Shown here in pieces: positions 63,145-64,000 of a DNA stretch of 64,000 nucleotides. The stretch covers positions 1,817-65,816 of the forward strand of contig JBHHWG010000005.1 of assembly GCA_046756385.1 (NCBI GenBank), in the 5' to 3' direction. Positions within the stretch are counted from its first letter, which is position 1. Every line of letters begins with the position of its first letter. A model generated the notes under the pieces. That model did not search any database. It was not told the DNA's origin and saw only the letters and a list, made by a program, of their open reading frames with translations. Source of the stretch: Sphingomonadales bacterium (GTDB taxonomy: Bacteria > Pseudomonadota > Alphaproteobacteria > CAZZKF01). The position numbers and the translations under genes were made by a program.

Positions 63145-64000
63145 GTGAAGTCCGGTTTTTTTCGTCATTATCTGCTGCCCGGGGTGGTCTTTCAGTCGGT
63201 GATCATTGGCGGCGGTTATGCGACCGGGCGGGAGTTGGCGGCGTTCTTTTTGCCCTCGGGGCCGGGGGGCGGGCTGCTGGCGATCGGGGTTGCGACGGTG
63301 ATCTGGAGCGTGACGCTGGCGCTTAGTTTCGAGCTGGCGCGGGCCAGCCGCAGTTATGACTATCGGTCGTTTTTCAAGGAACTGATCGGGCCGGGCTGGG
63401 TTCTGTTCGAACTCGCCTATCTGGCGCTGCTGCTGCTGGTGCTGTCGGTGGTGGGCGCGGCGTCCGGGGTTGTCGTCGCCGCGAGTTTCGGCCTCGATCC
63501 GCTGGTCGGCACCCTGGGGCTGCTGGTCGCCATCGGCTTTCTGGCATTTTACGGCAGCGGGGCGATCGAGCGGTTTCTGGCCGGCTGGTCGTTCGTGCTT
63601 TACGCCACCTATATCGTTCTGGTGGTCTGGGTGTTCGTGGTGTTCGGGGACCGGATCGTCGGCAATTTCGGCCAGTACGGCGTCGGCGCGGGCTGGTTCA
63701 AGGGCGGCGTCAGCTACGCCGGCTACAACGTGGCCGGAATCGCCGCGGTGTTGTTCTGCATTCGCCATCTGGCAAGCCGCCGTCAAGCGGTGGTTGCGGG
63801 GCTGCTGGCCGGGCCGATCGCGATGATCCCCGGCCTGCTGCTGTTCCTGGCGGTGGTGGCGTTCTATCCGGAAATTTCCACGCAGGAAGTGCCGCTCAAT
63901 TTTCTGGTCGGCGAACTGGGCGCGCCCAGGTTCCTGATCCTGTTTCAAATCGTCATTTTCGGCACCTTCATCGAGACCGGCATCGCCATGATCCATGCCA
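63145..64000 (+). CDS. YkvI-like polytopic membrane protein (transporter-like); 3' end beyond the window
   Basis: GTG at 63145. Translation VKSGFFRHYLLPGVVFQSVIIGGGYATGRELAAFF... contains the GGGYATGRE motif and at least 8 TM helices. Open to the window end, hence absent from the ORF track. Confidence 0.5.
   Translation, partial: MKSGFFRHYLLPGVVFQSVIIGGGYATGRELAAFFLPSGPGGGLLAIGVATVIWSVTLALSFELARASRSYDYRSFFKELIGPGWVLFELAYLALLLLVLSVVGAASGVVVAASFGLDPLVGTLGLLVAIGFLAFYGSGAIERFLAGWSFVLYATYIVLVVWVFVVFGDRIVGNFGQYGVGAGWFKGGVSYAGYNVAGIAAVLFCIRHLASRRQAVVAGLLAGPIAMIPGLLLFLAVVAFYPEISTQEVPLNFLVGELGAPRFLILFQIVIFGTFIETGIAMIHA

Overview
High-GC (~62-63%) alphaproteobacterial chromosomal segment, Rhodospirillales-like in gene content; no finer assignment is possible from sequence alone. 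It is dominated by core housekeeping operons. Forward/reverse order: acs (truncated at the window start), creatininase, DMT transporter, gpsA, TetR regulator, tsaD, hemC-hemD-mic60-like-hemY-like cluster, tRNA-Thr, J-domain protein, alpha/beta hydrolase, thrS-infC-rpmI-rplT-pheS-pheT, lepA, NDUFA9-like epimerase, tRNA-Leu, short RNase D, lptC-lptA-lptB-rpoN-ptsN, DUF1150-hsp20, TPP enzyme, tRNA-Ala, aroA-cmk-rpsA-ihfB-lapA, accD-folC, trxA, addA-addB, murU/amgK-like pair, tsaE, PAS histidine kinase, ahcY, and the ptsH-EIIA(Man)-rapZ-hprK nitrogen-PTS module. Several features are non-core. (i) A divergent cluster at 31.0-35.0 kb pairs an orphan ParA-like ATPase, translationally coupled to an unassignable protein with a basic N-terminal tail, with two different SPOR-domain proteins around a ~320-bp AT-rich island. 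I know of no named system matching this. (ii) A hipBA toxin-antitoxin module with an unusually long HipB sits next to an IS110 transposase remnant at the right edge. (iii) Two families of MITE-like dispersed repeats were found by eye, three and two copies respectively, one pair nested at the tRNA-Thr 3' flank. (iv) A 46-aa transmembrane mini-ORF, below the ORF-track cutoff, lies between a TetR gene and a repeat copy. (v) A low-GC segment between pheT and lepA carries a methyltransferase-fold ORF with a degenerate SAM-binding loop. No CRISPR array or rRNA gene is present. The numerous long antisense ORFs in the track are attributed to high GC content.
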